Part shown: piece by piece, positions 29,332-39,856 of the stretch | Layout: each line of letters starts with the position of its first letter | How positions within the stretch are numbered: position 1 is the stretch's first letter | Source: Clostridiales bacterium | Lineage (GTDB): Bacteria > Bacillota > Clostridia > Saccharofermentanales > Saccharofermentanaceae | Assembly (NCBI GenBank): GCA_017513085.1 | Contig: JAFWDK010000023.1 | Location: 24,343 to 88,342 of the forward strand | Length of the DNA: 64,000 nucleotides | Direction: 5' to 3' | Notes under the pieces: generated by a model | Database searches by the model: none | The model's input: the letters and a program-made list of their open reading frames with translations, nothing else | What the model was told of the DNA's origin: nothing | Made by a program: the position numbers and the translations under genes

Positions 29332-32300
29332 TCAGCCACCCTGCGGGAGCATGACTGCCGGCGGGAGCTTGACTGAATCGCCTGCCTTCGGCGTGTAGGA
29401 TGCATCTAAGTTATTGTACTCCTTGATGAATGCTACTCGCTTATCCGACTCACTATCGATCTTGGTTCCGTATACGTGATAGAACAGATCCCACCATGTA
29501 CGGCATCCGCTATTGTCTGAGAATGTATAAACACCGATTGGAGCATCTGCCGGAACTGCTGTGGTTTCTGCCGCTGTCGTCGTGGTGTCTTCAGTCGCGG
29601 ACGTATCGGAAGTCTCCTCAATCGATGTTGAAGATTCGCTGGTCTCGACCGGCTTCTTCTTACTGCTTCCGCAAGAGTGCACGATCAGAATAATGATCAC
29701 GATCAAACAGATCACGGAGATCGCTGCCAGAATGAACGGCAGGTAGTTGGTCTCCTCGCCTTCCTCATCATCAAATCCATCGTCTACTTCTTCTACACGA
29801 CGGCGAGGCGGGGCAACATTCGGTCTTCCACCCGGTCTTCTGTATTCTCCGCCCTGCTGACGCTTCGGCACACCAGGGACTTCACTCGAGGATACACTAT
29901 TCTGCTGCATGTAAGCCGGAACCGAAGAAGCAGCGCCAGCCGCAGCATTGCTGTATGAATCATCACTTCTTCCGGATGGTGCAAAATCAAACAGGTCTGC
30001 AACAGCCGGAGGCGGATTATCGAAATCGTACTGTTCTTCTGCCGGAGAAGCTCCCTCAAGGGATGCCGCATAATCGGCCGGTTCATCGAAAGAAGTATAA
30101 CTGTTCACATTCTCGGCCGGTGCCTGATATTCCGGAACTTCTGCCTGTGGGGCAACATAATCCTGTACGGCACTGACCGGTTCTTCCACATAGGGTGCCG
30201 GTTCAACAGAAGGTACCTCGTAGCCCGCCGGATCTCCGAAGCTCGGGGCAGCGTCTGCAACGAATGGAGAAACCGGTGTTCCGGCTGCCTTCGCTCCGCT
30301 GATCAGATCATCTTCATCAACCGTGTAAGAACCACGAGCATATACACCTGTGTCTTCGTAACCGATCGGCGTATCGCTGTTCGTCGGATATGTCGGAGGC
30401 GTATAACTCGGTGCCTCGTAAAGCGGCATTTCCGGAACATCGTTGGCGGAAGACTGTGCGGCTTGCGGAATATCGTTCGATGCGAAAGGAATTACGAAAT
30501 CATCGCCCACTGCCGGTTCAGGCTGTTGCGGGGCCGGTATCGAAGAAGCCGGTTCGTAATCCGACGGATACTCCAGATGCGACTCATACTCTTCATCTGC
30601 AGACGGTTCTGCGTCCCCAAAGAAAAGAGGAGTTTCGTCAAACTTCTTCGGATCGTTCTCAGATTCATTGCTCATAGGCGATTTCACCTCATCATCTGCC
30701 TCGAAGACAAGCGGGATCGTCTCGTCTGTCTCCGCAACCGCGCCAGAAGGAGCAATCTCGGGTTTCGCCGTCTCCTCCGCCGCCTGTTCGGCTTTAGCCG
30801 GCTCCGTCTTTTCAGTTGCCACGATTCCGCCAAACGGATCGTCACCGAGGAATAACGGTGCCTCATCCTTAGCTTCGTTCCTGGCCGGTTCAGAAGCCTT
30901 GTCTACAGGCGCCTGTCCACCCACTTCAAAAGAAACGTTCGCCGGTTCTTCTGTCTTCTTTTCTTCAACCTTATTTTCTTCGTTCTGTGCCTTAATAGCA
31001 GCCTTAAAGAACGGATTCTCACTATTTTTCACAGCTACGAAAGGTTCTTCCTTTTTCGGTGCCGGAGTTGCCGCCTGGGGCATAAGCGCACTCGCGGAAG
31101 GCATTTCCGTAACATCTTTGAGCACCGGAGTCTCCGGAGTTTTCGGCTGTACAAAAGGACTGGACGCCGGAGCCGTCTGCATTGCCGGAGTTACCGGGAG
31201 AACGCCGGTATCACCGAAAGACGGAAGAGATGCAGATTTTGCATCCACTACCGGAAGGACCTTTGTCGCGCCATCGTCAACCAGAGAAGATATCGTCGGA
31301 GCTGCCGGTTTCTGTGCAGCAACCGGTGCCGCCGGTACGACCGGAGCAGTAGGCGCCGCCGGAGTTGCCGGCTTCGCAGAAGAGTTCGCATTCGCTTCTT
31401 CTTTCATCAGATCATGGATATCGCCAAATACCAGCGGCGGTTCCGGAATCGGTGTTTCAATAGCTGTCTTCACGGCGTCAGCACTCTCTTTGGCAATGTC
31501 TGCGCCCTTGGAAGATGCCGCACCTGCCGCTCCCGCTACTGCACCTGCTACGGCACCTGCAGCAACGCCTGCGCCGGAAGCTCCAGCGCCGGCAGCCTCT
31601 GTTGTCGCATTGACCTGAGCCGCCACCTGGGAAGCAAATGTATTGATACGTCTTCTTTCTGTCTTATCAGTAACTGTAGTTTGCGGGACTTTCGGCTGAG
31701 CCGGGACCGCTGGTTCTTTCTTCGGCTCGACATCCTCGTCTTCGAAGAGCAGAGCATCCTTCGGAAGCGGCTTCTCTTCCTTCTTCGGGGATTCAAGCGG
31801 GATAGCCGGAGCGATGTCGTAATCGTCCACCTCTTCGCCATTATCTTCTTCCACTTCCTGAACGGCTTTCTTCTTCTTTCTTCCGAAGCCGAAGAAACCG
31901 CCACGGTCACTGGACGTAATGTCTTCAACAAAAGAGATCATGAACTGAAGCGGCACACCCGGAAGTTTTGCCGCTGCTTCGGTCATTACTACGCTGGCCG
32001 CATCGCTCTGGTCTTCCGCATCGTAAAGGATACGGAGAAGTTCCTGCTGTCCCAAGGCCTCATAGACCTCGCGGTTACAAAGGATGATGCAGTCATCCAG
32101 TTTCAGCTGGGCAATATTGGAACACAATGCCGGCGCGGTCTTGGTCGCGCAGAAATTGAAAAAGTTATCGACTTTCTGTCTTTGTGTGTTGATCGCATCG
32201 ATACGGATATCTGCCGCGGTCATCGGATACAGAGTATCGTCACGGTAAAGGAATGCCAGGCCCTTACCGATCGTGATCGCGAAAGCCTCTGCATCTTTGA

Positions 32301-32673
32301 CGATTACGCCCGCAAAAAAAGGCGCGCGTGCATTATCCTGCTGAATCTTCATTCTTCCGGTAATGGAAGTTGCTGTATTGACCATCTCACCGATCTGGTC
32401 ATCCAGAGATCTTCTTCCTGACTTCAATTCCGTGCCCAGGCGGCGCAATACCGGCTCATAGGGCGGCAACACATTCGGATCCTGATCCGGATTCGTCTGG
32501 TGCGAAAAAATCGAAAAGAAAAAGCCTCTATCTTCTTTATCATTAGTCAGATCCGCCGAACGGGCCACGGTCTTGCTGGTCACGCGGCCATCCATGTAAA
32601 AGGCGTCTGTCAGTTCCGCTGTCGGGAAATATCTAGCTGTTAAAGTAGTCGCTAGACGAGTCTGCTTAGCCAT
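29332..32673 (-). CDS. Large single-pass membrane protein: PP2C-like domain, long disordered linker, TM helix, LysM-like C-terminus
   Basis: N-terminal PP2C-fold pattern, ~700 aa acidic Pro/Ala-rich region, TM FILAAISVICLIVIIILIV, terminal TWWDL..IKEYNNL..PKAGDSVKLP. RBS GGAGG precedes ATG 32673. Confidence 0.7.
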   Translation of the reverse strand: MAKQTRLATTLTARYFPTAELTDAFYMDGRVTSKTVARSADLTNDKEDRGFFFSIFSHQTNPDQDPNVLPPYEPVLRRLGTELKSGRRSLDDQIGEMVNTATSITGRMKIQQDNARAPFFAGVIVKDAEAFAITIGKGLAFLYRDDTLYPMTAADIRIDAINTQRQKVDNFFNFCATKTAPALCSNIAQLKLDDCIILCNREVYEALGQQELLRILYDAEDQSDAASVVMTEAAAKLPGVPLQFMISFVEDITSSDRGGFFGFGRKKKKAVQEVEEDNGEEVDDYDIAPAIPLESPKKEEKPLPKDALLFEDEDVEPKKEPAVPAQPKVPQTTVTDKTERRRINTFASQVAAQVNATTEAAGAGASGAGVAAGAVAGAVAGAAGAASSKGADIAKESADAVKTAIETPIPEPPLVFGDIHDLMKEEANANSSAKPATPAAPTAPVVPAAPVAAQKPAAPTISSLVDDGATKVLPVVDAKSASLPSFGDTGVLPVTPAMQTAPASSPFVQPKTPETPVLKDVTEMPSASALMPQAATPAPKKEEPFVAVKNSENPFFKAAIKAQNEENKVEEKKTEEPANVSFEVGGQAPVDKASEPARNEAKDEAPLFLGDDPFGGIVATEKTEPAKAEQAAEETAKPEIAPSGAVAETDETIPLVFEADDEVKSPMSNESENDPKKFDETPLFFGDAEPSADEEYESHLEYPSDYEPASSIPAPQQPEPAVGDDFVIPFASNDIPQAAQSSANDVPEMPLYEAPSYTPPTYPTNSDTPIGYEDTGVYARGSYTVDEDDLISGAKAAGTPVSPFVADAAPSFGDPAGYEVPSVEPAPYVEEPVSAVQDYVAPQAEVPEYQAPAENVNSYTSFDEPADYAASLEGASPAEEQYDFDNPPPAVADLFDFAPSGRSDDSYSNAAAGAASSVPAYMQQNSVSSSEVPGVPKRQQGGEYRRPGGRPNVAPPRRRVEEVDDGFDDEEGEETNYLPFILAAISVICLIVIIILIVHSCGSSKKKPVETSESSTSIEETSDTSATEDTTTTAAETTAVPADAPIGVYTFSDNSGCRTWWDLFYHVYGTKIDSESDKRVAFIKEYNNLDASYTPKAGDSVKLPPAVMLPQGG

Positions 32674-32785
32674 AAAAAAGCTCCTCCAAATTATGGGTAA
32701 ACCCACTACTTCCTGTTAATTATATCATAATGTCTTTTTATGCAAGCAGATGGAGTCTGAAAATTTCAACAAATTTCCAACTTTT

Positions 32786-34612
32786 TCACGACATTTCCTT
32801 AACATAGCTCTCCATATCTCTGGAAAGGGCGTCAAACGGTGCGCAGCCGAGGTCCAGATAGGCTGTTATAACGTCTTCCGGAGAAACTTTTCCGTCCAGT
32901 TTTTCGATAGCAGTATTGATGATCTCGGACGTAAAAAGATACCCGAAAGCATACTCGAGCGCATAACCCTGGCTTCCCGTGATCCGGGTCCAGTATTCGT
33001 CCATGACTTTATCATCCTGTCCGTATTTCTTTATGTATGTCAGACAACGGTCATAATCCCATCCTTCGTACTCTACGCCCATGGAAAGTCTGGCAGAGAC
33101 CAGCGCGGAATAGAAAAGATCCGCCATCCACGCCGATTGCGCTAATTCCTGCTCGAACGGGGCATATTGGATCATCCTCCATTCGGAATACTGCGCCCAG
33201 CCTTCCGCGTACGGCAGACTGGCAGCAAACGCCTGATATTTGTTACCCAGCGTCTCCGCCTGATACTGATGCTGGTAGAGGTGACCCGGATACATCTCGT
33301 GGCTGACAATCGTAAACATATCGTAGCGCGAATCTTCAAAAAGTCCGGTATTCACCCAAACCTGGTGCTTCGTATAGTTATCGATCGGAGATACATAGTA
33401 CATCGCCGGTGGCATGGACTCCGCGAATTCCTTCGGCACTTCATAGACAGCCACCGTATTGCTGCCGATCGCCGGATAATGCTCCTTGGTAAACCGCTCA
33501 CACCAGTCTCTCGCCTCATCAAAAGACAAGCCTCCGAACTGGAACAGTGTACCCTTTTGTTTCCATGTCGGATAGTAAGTATCGTAGATCTCATCGATCG
33601 ACTTCTGTAAAAACTTGATGCCCTCTTCCGGCGTCATGGATGTACCTGACTTCGTCCGGAAAAGCGCTTCATAGTAATCTTTTCCTCCCGGAGCAGAGAT
33701 CATGGTCTTGTTTCCTTTGGAGGATCCCTTCAAGGCAGTAAGCCTCTCGATCAGCATCTCATATGTCGGGAAGTACTTCTCTTCAAGTAATTCCGAATTC
33801 TTCCGGATGAAGGATTTAGATTCCGTAGAAGAAAGTTTCAGCGCGCCCACCCGGCTTTCAAATGTAGTGCGCATGAAGTGAACATCCTTGTCCTCGATCA
33901 TCTTCTTGCAATCCTTGATGATCAGATCAAGTGTTTCATCCGACCAGCCGGCTCCCATTGAACTTCTGGTCTCCTCGATAGTCATTGCATTATCGAAATA
34001 CTCGTAGAAATCTTCCAGGATCTTCAAATACCGGTCGACATCCGACTTGCTCTTGAACTGGATCAAGGACATAAGGAGCGGGTAAGAGATCTGTTGTCCG
34101 GAAGACGGATTCAATGCAGGGATGAACTGATGGTGTTTGTAAACTTCCATCTTGTTCTGAAAATCAAAAAGCATATCCTCTCTCAGCCTGTTTTCACTTT
34201 CACTGAGATTGGAAGTATCCAGTTTTTCCAGATAATCGATACACTCCTTGTACGAAGCCACAGCCTGATCATAGATCGCATCACTGTTCGCGGCCAGACC
34301 TTTGGTCGGCCAATCCGTATAATACCTTGTCGGGTCGTCAAAGGAGTAGTATGTATTCAGAATATCCGGTGAGCCGACAAAAAGGCTCATGTCCAGATCG
34401 CGCAGTTTTTTCGCGTCTTCTGTCATGTCGTCATCCGTCGGTACCACGATACCCCACGGATCAGACGGTTCCTGTCCTTTTTTGGTGGTCAGCGTCGGCG
34501 GCGTGGCCACAGCCCTCTGTCCGGAACTTCCGGAACAGGCTGCTAATGGCATTATAAAGGAGGCAACAGTCAGAACAAGCGCCCCTCCTCGTAGTGTCTT
34601 TTTACTTTTCAT
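32786..34612 (-). CDS. DUF885 family lipoprotein (putative metallopeptidase)
   Basis: Lipobox LAAC, HEMYPGHLYQ, YAEGWAQYSE. The start is uncertain (34612, 34627 or 34666). Confidence 0.85.
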   Translation of the reverse strand: MKSKKTLRGGALVLTVASFIMPLAACSGSSGQRAVATPPTLTTKKGQEPSDPWGIVVPTDDDMTEDAKKLRDLDMSLFVGSPDILNTYYSFDDPTRYYTDWPTKGLAANSDAIYDQAVASYKECIDYLEKLDTSNLSESENRLREDMLFDFQNKMEVYKHHQFIPALNPSSGQQISYPLLMSLIQFKSKSDVDRYLKILEDFYEYFDNAMTIEETRSSMGAGWSDETLDLIIKDCKKMIEDKDVHFMRTTFESRVGALKLSSTESKSFIRKNSELLEEKYFPTYEMLIERLTALKGSSKGNKTMISAPGGKDYYEALFRTKSGTSMTPEEGIKFLQKSIDEIYDTYYPTWKQKGTLFQFGGLSFDEARDWCERFTKEHYPAIGSNTVAVYEVPKEFAESMPPAMYYVSPIDNYTKHQVWVNTGLFEDSRYDMFTIVSHEMYPGHLYQHQYQAETLGNKYQAFAASLPYAEGWAQYSEWRMIQYAPFEQELAQSAWMADLFYSALVSARLSMGVEYEGWDYDRCLTYIKKYGQDDKVMDEYWTRITGSQGYALEYAFGYLFTSEIINTAIEKLDGKVSPEDVITAYLDLGCAPFDALSRDMESYVKEMS

Positions 34613-34691
34613 ATCCCCAAAATGCATAGTGTTATGTGCTTCCGCCACGGCACCGGACTTTGGCACCGTGGCAGAAGATTCGTCTATAGTA

Positions 34692-36647
34692 TTATTTCTG
34701 CTCGTCTACATAGAGCTGCATGTACTTGGACAAAAGGTCGAAATTGCTCGGGCCCATGTTCAGGTAAGCGGCATGGATCTTATCTACGCTGACATCCGGA
34801 TTATTCTTGATCGCATCGTTAATGATCTGGGTGCAGTTCATGTTTCCGAAGCAGTAAGGCGTAATGTAGCAAGGAATCTCCACGTCCATGTCATAGAAGA
34901 ACTCCGCTGCCTCGCTTGCCTGTCCGCCGAAAAGAGGAGTCAGATATTTCACCACATCATCATAGCTCCAATCCTCGTAGTGGATACCGATATCCACGCG
35001 AGCATGGATATAGTAATTGACAAGATCTTTGTTCAGCTTGAAATAACGGTAAATATTCTGGCTATAATCGGTAAGACCCATGATGTAGTTCTCGCAATAT
35101 GTGGACCAGCCCTCTTTATATGCCGTGGATCCGCCGGTCTTCTGATAATAGTTGTTCAGATGGGCAATGTGGTAAACCGCCTCATAAAGGTGGCCCGGGT
35201 ATGCCTCGTGCGCAACGGTCGGGATCATATCGCCCAATCCGGTGCTGTTGTCATTCAGAAGCAGCTGGTTCTTCTTAAGGTTATCAAGCTGTGTGGTCAT
35301 ATAGGCAGCCGGTGAGAAGTTCTCTGACATTTCCTTCGGAACATGGAATGTGTAGTACTCATGATCCGGAAGCGCCGGGAAATCGGTTTTGATCTTATCT
35401 TTACAGAATTCGATGTCTTTTTCAAAAGAACCCGTCGTGTATTCGTCCGACTGATTCGACATGATCTGCTGCTGTTCCTGCGGAGTCATCTTGAATACAA
35501 GCTGAGTCATCTCCTTCGTCGTGGAGTCGATCTTATCCTCGAGAATCTTGATGGCTTCTTCTACTGTCAGCGAAGTACCGGAACGAAGCTGGAAGTAATA
35601 CTCGTAGAATTCTTTTCCGTCTTTCAGTTCACAAAGATGGCCTTGTGTCTTCGCGGTACCGTAAAGATCCTTGATGCCCTTCTCCAACATCTGGTATGCC
35701 GGGAAGAAGGCTTCCTCAAGTGCTTTTTTATTCTCATCGATCAGACGTGTCTTCTCAGCCTGATCGATATCCAGTGCATTGATCTTCTCATCAAATGTCG
35801 TGAAAAGATAGTTTCCGTCGTGGTCTTTATAAACAGCCACGCAGGAATCCGCAATATTTTCCAGATACTTGTCTGGAAGAGAATTGCCCAATTCTGCTCT
35901 CTTCTGCTCATACTTCAGAAGGGACTCGAAGTAAGGATAGGTATCTCTCAGCATTTTGATATAGCGCTCGGCAGATTCAACATCTTCGATCTGAAGTGTC
36001 GCGAAAAGGAGCGGTAACTCCGTCTGAACGCCTGTCAAAGAGTTCAGTGTGGCCGTCATGTACTCGAATTTTTCGCCTCTCTTAGAGAACTCGATATCAG
36101 CTTTGATGGTCTCATAGAGCATCTTGTCTTCCAGACTCAGATCATCAACATTGATCTTTGCCAGTTCTTTTTCAATCTCTTCGACTTCTTTCTTATCGTT
36201 CTCGTCGTCTTCTTCCGACCAGCATTCCAGTCCCTGTTCCGGCCATTCGATTCCAAGATTTTCAGGATGGTCGAGTGTAAACTCCAGGTCAATGATGTCA
36301 CTGAAACTCTCCTTAAAGAGCTTCTCGTCCAGATCGTGAAGGATCTTGGCGGATTCACCGGAAGGTGCAGCGGTGGACGATGGAGTAGTATCTTTGGTAG
36401 TATCGTCTGCAGTAGTATCATCTGTGGTATCTGCAGTGGTGTCATCTGTGGTATCTGCAGTGGTGTCATCCGTGGTTTCGTCAGTTGTGTCGTCCGTGGT
36501 TTCTTCCGTAGTTTCCTTCGGCTCGTTAGTTTCACGGCTCGTTCTTGTTTTGCTGGTTCTTCTCGAGCATGCACAGCTGAAGATCAAAGCTGTCGCCAAC
36601 ACAACACAGCCCAGTTTGCGCATGATCGTTCGAATTGATTTTTTCAT
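34692..36647 (-). CDS. DUF885 family lipoprotein (putative metallopeptidase)
   Basis: Lipobox SCAC, HEAYPGHLYE, YKEGWSTYCE, ARVDIGIH. Confidence 0.87.
   Translation of the reverse strand: MKKSIRTIMRKLGCVVLATALIFSCACSRRTSKTRTSRETNEPKETTEETTDDTTDETTDDTTADTTDDTTADTTDDTTADDTTKDTTPSSTAAPSGESAKILHDLDEKLFKESFSDIIDLEFTLDHPENLGIEWPEQGLECWSEEDDENDKKEVEEIEKELAKINVDDLSLEDKMLYETIKADIEFSKRGEKFEYMTATLNSLTGVQTELPLLFATLQIEDVESAERYIKMLRDTYPYFESLLKYEQKRAELGNSLPDKYLENIADSCVAVYKDHDGNYLFTTFDEKINALDIDQAEKTRLIDENKKALEEAFFPAYQMLEKGIKDLYGTAKTQGHLCELKDGKEFYEYYFQLRSGTSLTVEEAIKILEDKIDSTTKEMTQLVFKMTPQEQQQIMSNQSDEYTTGSFEKDIEFCKDKIKTDFPALPDHEYYTFHVPKEMSENFSPAAYMTTQLDNLKKNQLLLNDNSTGLGDMIPTVAHEAYPGHLYEAVYHIAHLNNYYQKTGGSTAYKEGWSTYCENYIMGLTDYSQNIYRYFKLNKDLVNYYIHARVDIGIHYEDWSYDDVVKYLTPLFGGQASEAAEFFYDMDVEIPCYITPYCFGNMNCTQIINDAIKNNPDVSVDKIHAAYLNMGPSNFDLLSKYMQLYVDEQK
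36405..36500 (-). repeat. Coding tandem repeat (12/24-bp units; TTDD/TTAD) in the DUF885 linker
   Basis: Repeated TCATCTGTGGTATCTGCAGTGGTG (plus-strand reading), encoding TTDDTTADTTDDTTAD. Confidence 0.75.
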
Positions 36648-36827
36648 CAGGTTTCTCCTTCCATCCGACTCTCTTCTGAGTCATTCCTTTCCTAAAGCAA
36701 ATACGGTCTTTTGACCGATAGTCTTATTCTCATGTGTCATTTAATCATATAATATTCTGCTTGTCATGACTAATTGATCACTCTTTATCAAATTTTTAAC
36801 TTTATTTTTTGCTCAATTAGACAGGTG

Positions 36828-37955
36828 TTATTCGGTAACTTTCTCACTTCGATAGCTGAGAAGCGTAATGGCCAGGAGAACAAATGCCATGACAAACAGC
36901 GATATGGCCACCATCATCATATTGGCAAGCTTTACTCTGGAATGCAATACATCCTGGAAAACAATACATATGTTATAGACCGGGATCAGATAGTGAAGGA
37001 TCGGCGAAGTCCCGAAGCGGAACATCGCCAGCATGGCCGCCATGGTACAGGCCAGCGTAACCGGAAGCTGTGCGATCTGCGCCTGATTTGCATTCTTGCA
37101 GAACAATGAGATCAGTATCCCCAGATTGGAGAACAGATAACAAAGAAGCAAGGCATAAAGCAGGATCAGCAGGAACTCTGCCGTACTCACCTTGATGCCG
37201 GCAAACCCGAATACATCCTCCCATCCATTCGCTTCACAGAGTTTACTGCCTAAGACATCCAACCCTATGTAGATGCCGCTGCTGAACAAACTGATGAGAG
37301 ACACCGACCAGATCTTGCCCATGATCAATGACAAAGGCGAGACCGGTGACAGAAGCGCCTGATAAAATGTCCCCCGCTGCTTTTCCCCGGCAATACTGTC
37401 CGAAGCAAAGTTTGAAATGTTCGCGGTAAGCGGGAGGATCAGCATGTACGGGAGAAGCATGGCGATCAGACGGTTGTCATCTTCTTTTTTGTTCAGATCC
37501 TCCGCAACGACTTTTCGGAAAGAAATGTCCGGATGCCTGCCCCGGAAAAGTTCGGAATAGATCTCTCTGACAAAAGAATCCGCCGTGGATTTGAGGTAGG
37601 ACGAGATCGTGTCTTCTTCGTGATAATAGATATTCACATTGTGCAGATCAGAAAAATCCACCAGAACATCGTATTTATGGAAAGACTCCGACTGCATAAA
37701 AACTGCCGGCTCTTCCGTGACAGATACCACATAGATCTGCTTTTCGTCGAGTTCTCCGATGTTGAGACGGTCCATATTGATCCCGTAAAAATACAGAGTA
37801 TACTCTTCCGCCTGGGTCGTTGTCGGGCGGATCACTGAGATGCCGACCGTGATCATCAGAGAAAGGATCGGCAGCACGAAAAAGCCGAAGATCATGCTTT
37901 TATCCTTGAAGATCTTCGCTATCTCATGTTGAAATATCAATCGTAATCCGTGCAT
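36828..37955 (-). CDS. ABC-2 type permease (NatB-like)
   Basis: N-terminal TM helix, SIAGEKQRGT..LLSPVS..GK, C-terminal TM bundle. Confidence 0.85.
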   Translation of the reverse strand: MHGLRLIFQHEIAKIFKDKSMIFGFFVLPILSLMITVGISVIRPTTTQAEEYTLYFYGINMDRLNIGELDEKQIYVVSVTEEPAVFMQSESFHKYDVLVDFSDLHNVNIYYHEEDTISSYLKSTADSFVREIYSELFRGRHPDISFRKVVAEDLNKKEDDNRLIAMLLPYMLILPLTANISNFASDSIAGEKQRGTFYQALLSPVSPLSLIMGKIWSVSLISLFSSGIYIGLDVLGSKLCEANGWEDVFGFAGIKVSTAEFLLILLYALLLCYLFSNLGILISLFCKNANQAQIAQLPVTLACTMAAMLAMFRFGTSPILHYLIPVYNICIVFQDVLHSRVKLANMMMVAISLFVMAFVLLAITLLSYRSEKVTE

Positions 37956-37982
37956 CTTTCGTCTTTTTCCTGTTCCTGGTTT

Positions 37983-38738
37983 TTACTTTTTCGTGATGAT
38001 GGCCTGCTCCACATGGTTTTCTTCATAAAGCTTTACGAATGCCTCATCGATCGTCGAAACATTCTGCGAGGAAGCCAGATCCGAAACATTGCCGCAATAG
38101 ACGCTTCGGCCGTCGACGATCACGCCGACACGATCCGCAAGACGGCTCACCAGATCCAGAATATGTGTGGAAAGAATGATACACTTTCCCTCCTGCTTCA
38201 ACCGAAGGATATACTTCTCGATCAGTTGTTGTGTCAGGATATCCAGACCGTTTGTGGGCTCATCGAATATGATCGTATCCGGATCATGCAAAAGACAGAT
38301 TGCAAGCGAAGTTTTCTGCTTCATGCCGGTCGAGAACGTCTCATAACGTCTTTGGGAGAATTCGGAGATCCCGAAATACTCAAAAAGCTCTTCCTTATTC
38401 TTCTTGATCTGTGATTCTTCCATCTCGTACAACCGTCCGTAGTAGTTCGCCAGCTCGTCCGGTGTAAATTGCCCGTCAAGACGGATCTCATTCGTCAAGA
38501 AGGCGATACGGCGACGTACTGCCAGAAGATCCTCATTGATGTCTTTTCCATCGTACGTGATCTTACCGGATGTCGGGATCAAAAGCGTGGAAAGCATCCT
38601 CATCGTCGTGGTCTTACCCGCGCCGTTCGGTCCGAGGAGCGCGAATATCTCGCCGTCGTTCACTTCCAGAGATACATCTTTGACCGCCTCGACTTTGTTC
38701 TTTTTAAATGTTTTTTTCAGATGTTCGATGGTAATCAT
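37983..38738 (-). CDS. ABC transporter ATP-binding protein (NatA-like)
   Basis: GPNGAGKT, FSTGMKQK, FDEPTNGLD. ATG overlaps the upstream stop (ATGA). Confidence 0.92.
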   Translation of the reverse strand: MITIEHLKKTFKKNKVEAVKDVSLEVNDGEIFALLGPNGAGKTTTMRMLSTLLIPTSGKITYDGKDINEDLLAVRRRIAFLTNEIRLDGQFTPDELANYYGRLYEMEESQIKKNKEELFEYFGISEFSQRRYETFSTGMKQKTSLAICLLHDPDTIIFDEPTNGLDILTQQLIEKYILRLKQEGKCIILSTHILDLVSRLADRVGVIVDGRSVYCGNVSDLASSQNVSTIDEAFVKLYEENHVEQAIITKK

Positions 38739-39856
38739 TCGTTCGTCCTTTCCCACAAAACAGATGACAGTAGAATACCCAGCGCAAAGATCAGCACGCT
38801 GATCAGAAAAGCCGTGCCGATCGCCATCAGATCTCCTTGTCCCCGACAGATCGACTTGATCGCGATGGACCAGTTCGCTACCGGAAAAAACTTGACGGCT
38901 TCATTTTTCGTAAAAGTCGGGATCATGGAGCTGATCGAGATCAGGACCATGCCTGCCGAAGAAAACAAAGATGCTTTTTTCGTCTGAGTAAACGCAGAAG
39001 CGATAGTCATAAAGATGGCCGTCGTCACGAGCGTTGCCGAAAGAAGAAGCAGGATCATAAGCGGGAGCCAGGATAGGTCTTTTCCGGCAAGGTCACAGAT
39101 CGTGCGGAACTGATCCGGATTCCATATACGGAATGCCAGGATCGACGTCAGCACACCAACCAGGCCGGAAAGGAAGATCTCCAGCATCAGGACCAGCGTT
39201 TTTCCCAGAAGGATCTTGCGCAGGCTTGCCGGGCAGAGTACCAGCGTATCAAAAGTGTGACGTTCTTTTTCACCGGTCACGGAATTGGCAGAAAGCGAAA
39301 GCGCATTGCTGGCCATGGTCAGGAAGATCAGCATGCCGATCAGCCCCGTCATACGATCCAGAAAAGACTCCAGTATATCTTCTTTGGACGAAAGATCGAT
39401 CATATTTCTTTCCGGGTAATACTCCATGACTTCGTAATAGATGTCTTCTCCTTCAAAAGCGAAGCAAAGCGCGTCCGCGAGGTCCGCAGCATCTTTTAGG
39501 CATTGGGCGGAAGACAGGATCTCCGAGTCATAATACAGGACTATGGTTTCCTGCGAAACCACGACCGCACAGTCGATCCTGCCCTCTTTGACCTCTGTCA
39601 GCGGATCTCCGCCGATGGCTTTGGAAAAGTTCGGATAGTCTTTCAGCACGATATCGGCCGTATGGTACTGCTCTTCATTCTCAACGTATACTGTCGCCTG
39701 ATATGTCGAGGTCTGGGAAATAACATAGTCCAGTCCCCACGAAATAAACATCACGGTAAGAAACGGTGTTAGAAGCAAAAGCAGGAGTTGCGTCTTGGTC
39801 TTCGACGTTTTGGCCCACTCATTCCTCATAACATGAAAAACGTGATCATTCCGCAT
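38735..39856 (-). CDS. ABC-2 type permease (NatB-like)
   Basis: SVTGEKERHT..LCPAS..GK and multiple TM helices. Confidence 0.85.
   Translation of the reverse strand: MRNDHVFHVMRNEWAKTSKTKTQLLLLLLTPFLTVMFISWGLDYVISQTSTYQATVYVENEEQYHTADIVLKDYPNFSKAIGGDPLTEVKEGRIDCAVVVSQETIVLYYDSEILSSAQCLKDAADLADALCFAFEGEDIYYEVMEYYPERNMIDLSSKEDILESFLDRMTGLIGMLIFLTMASNALSLSANSVTGEKERHTFDTLVLCPASLRKILLGKTLVLMLEIFLSGLVGVLTSILAFRIWNPDQFRTICDLAGKDLSWLPLMILLLLSATLVTTAIFMTIASAFTQTKKASLFSSAGMVLISISSMIPTFTKNEAVKFFPVANWSIAIKSICRGQGDLMAIGTAFLISVLIFALGILLSSVLWERTNE

Noticed and set aside
30668-32421. Plus-strand Ala/Gly/Ser-rich ORFs
   Set aside because: They arise from the low-complexity coding sequence on the opposite strand.
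36405-36500. Direct repeats as a possible CRISPR array
   Set aside because: The units are contiguous, in frame and lack unique spacers. There are no cas genes.
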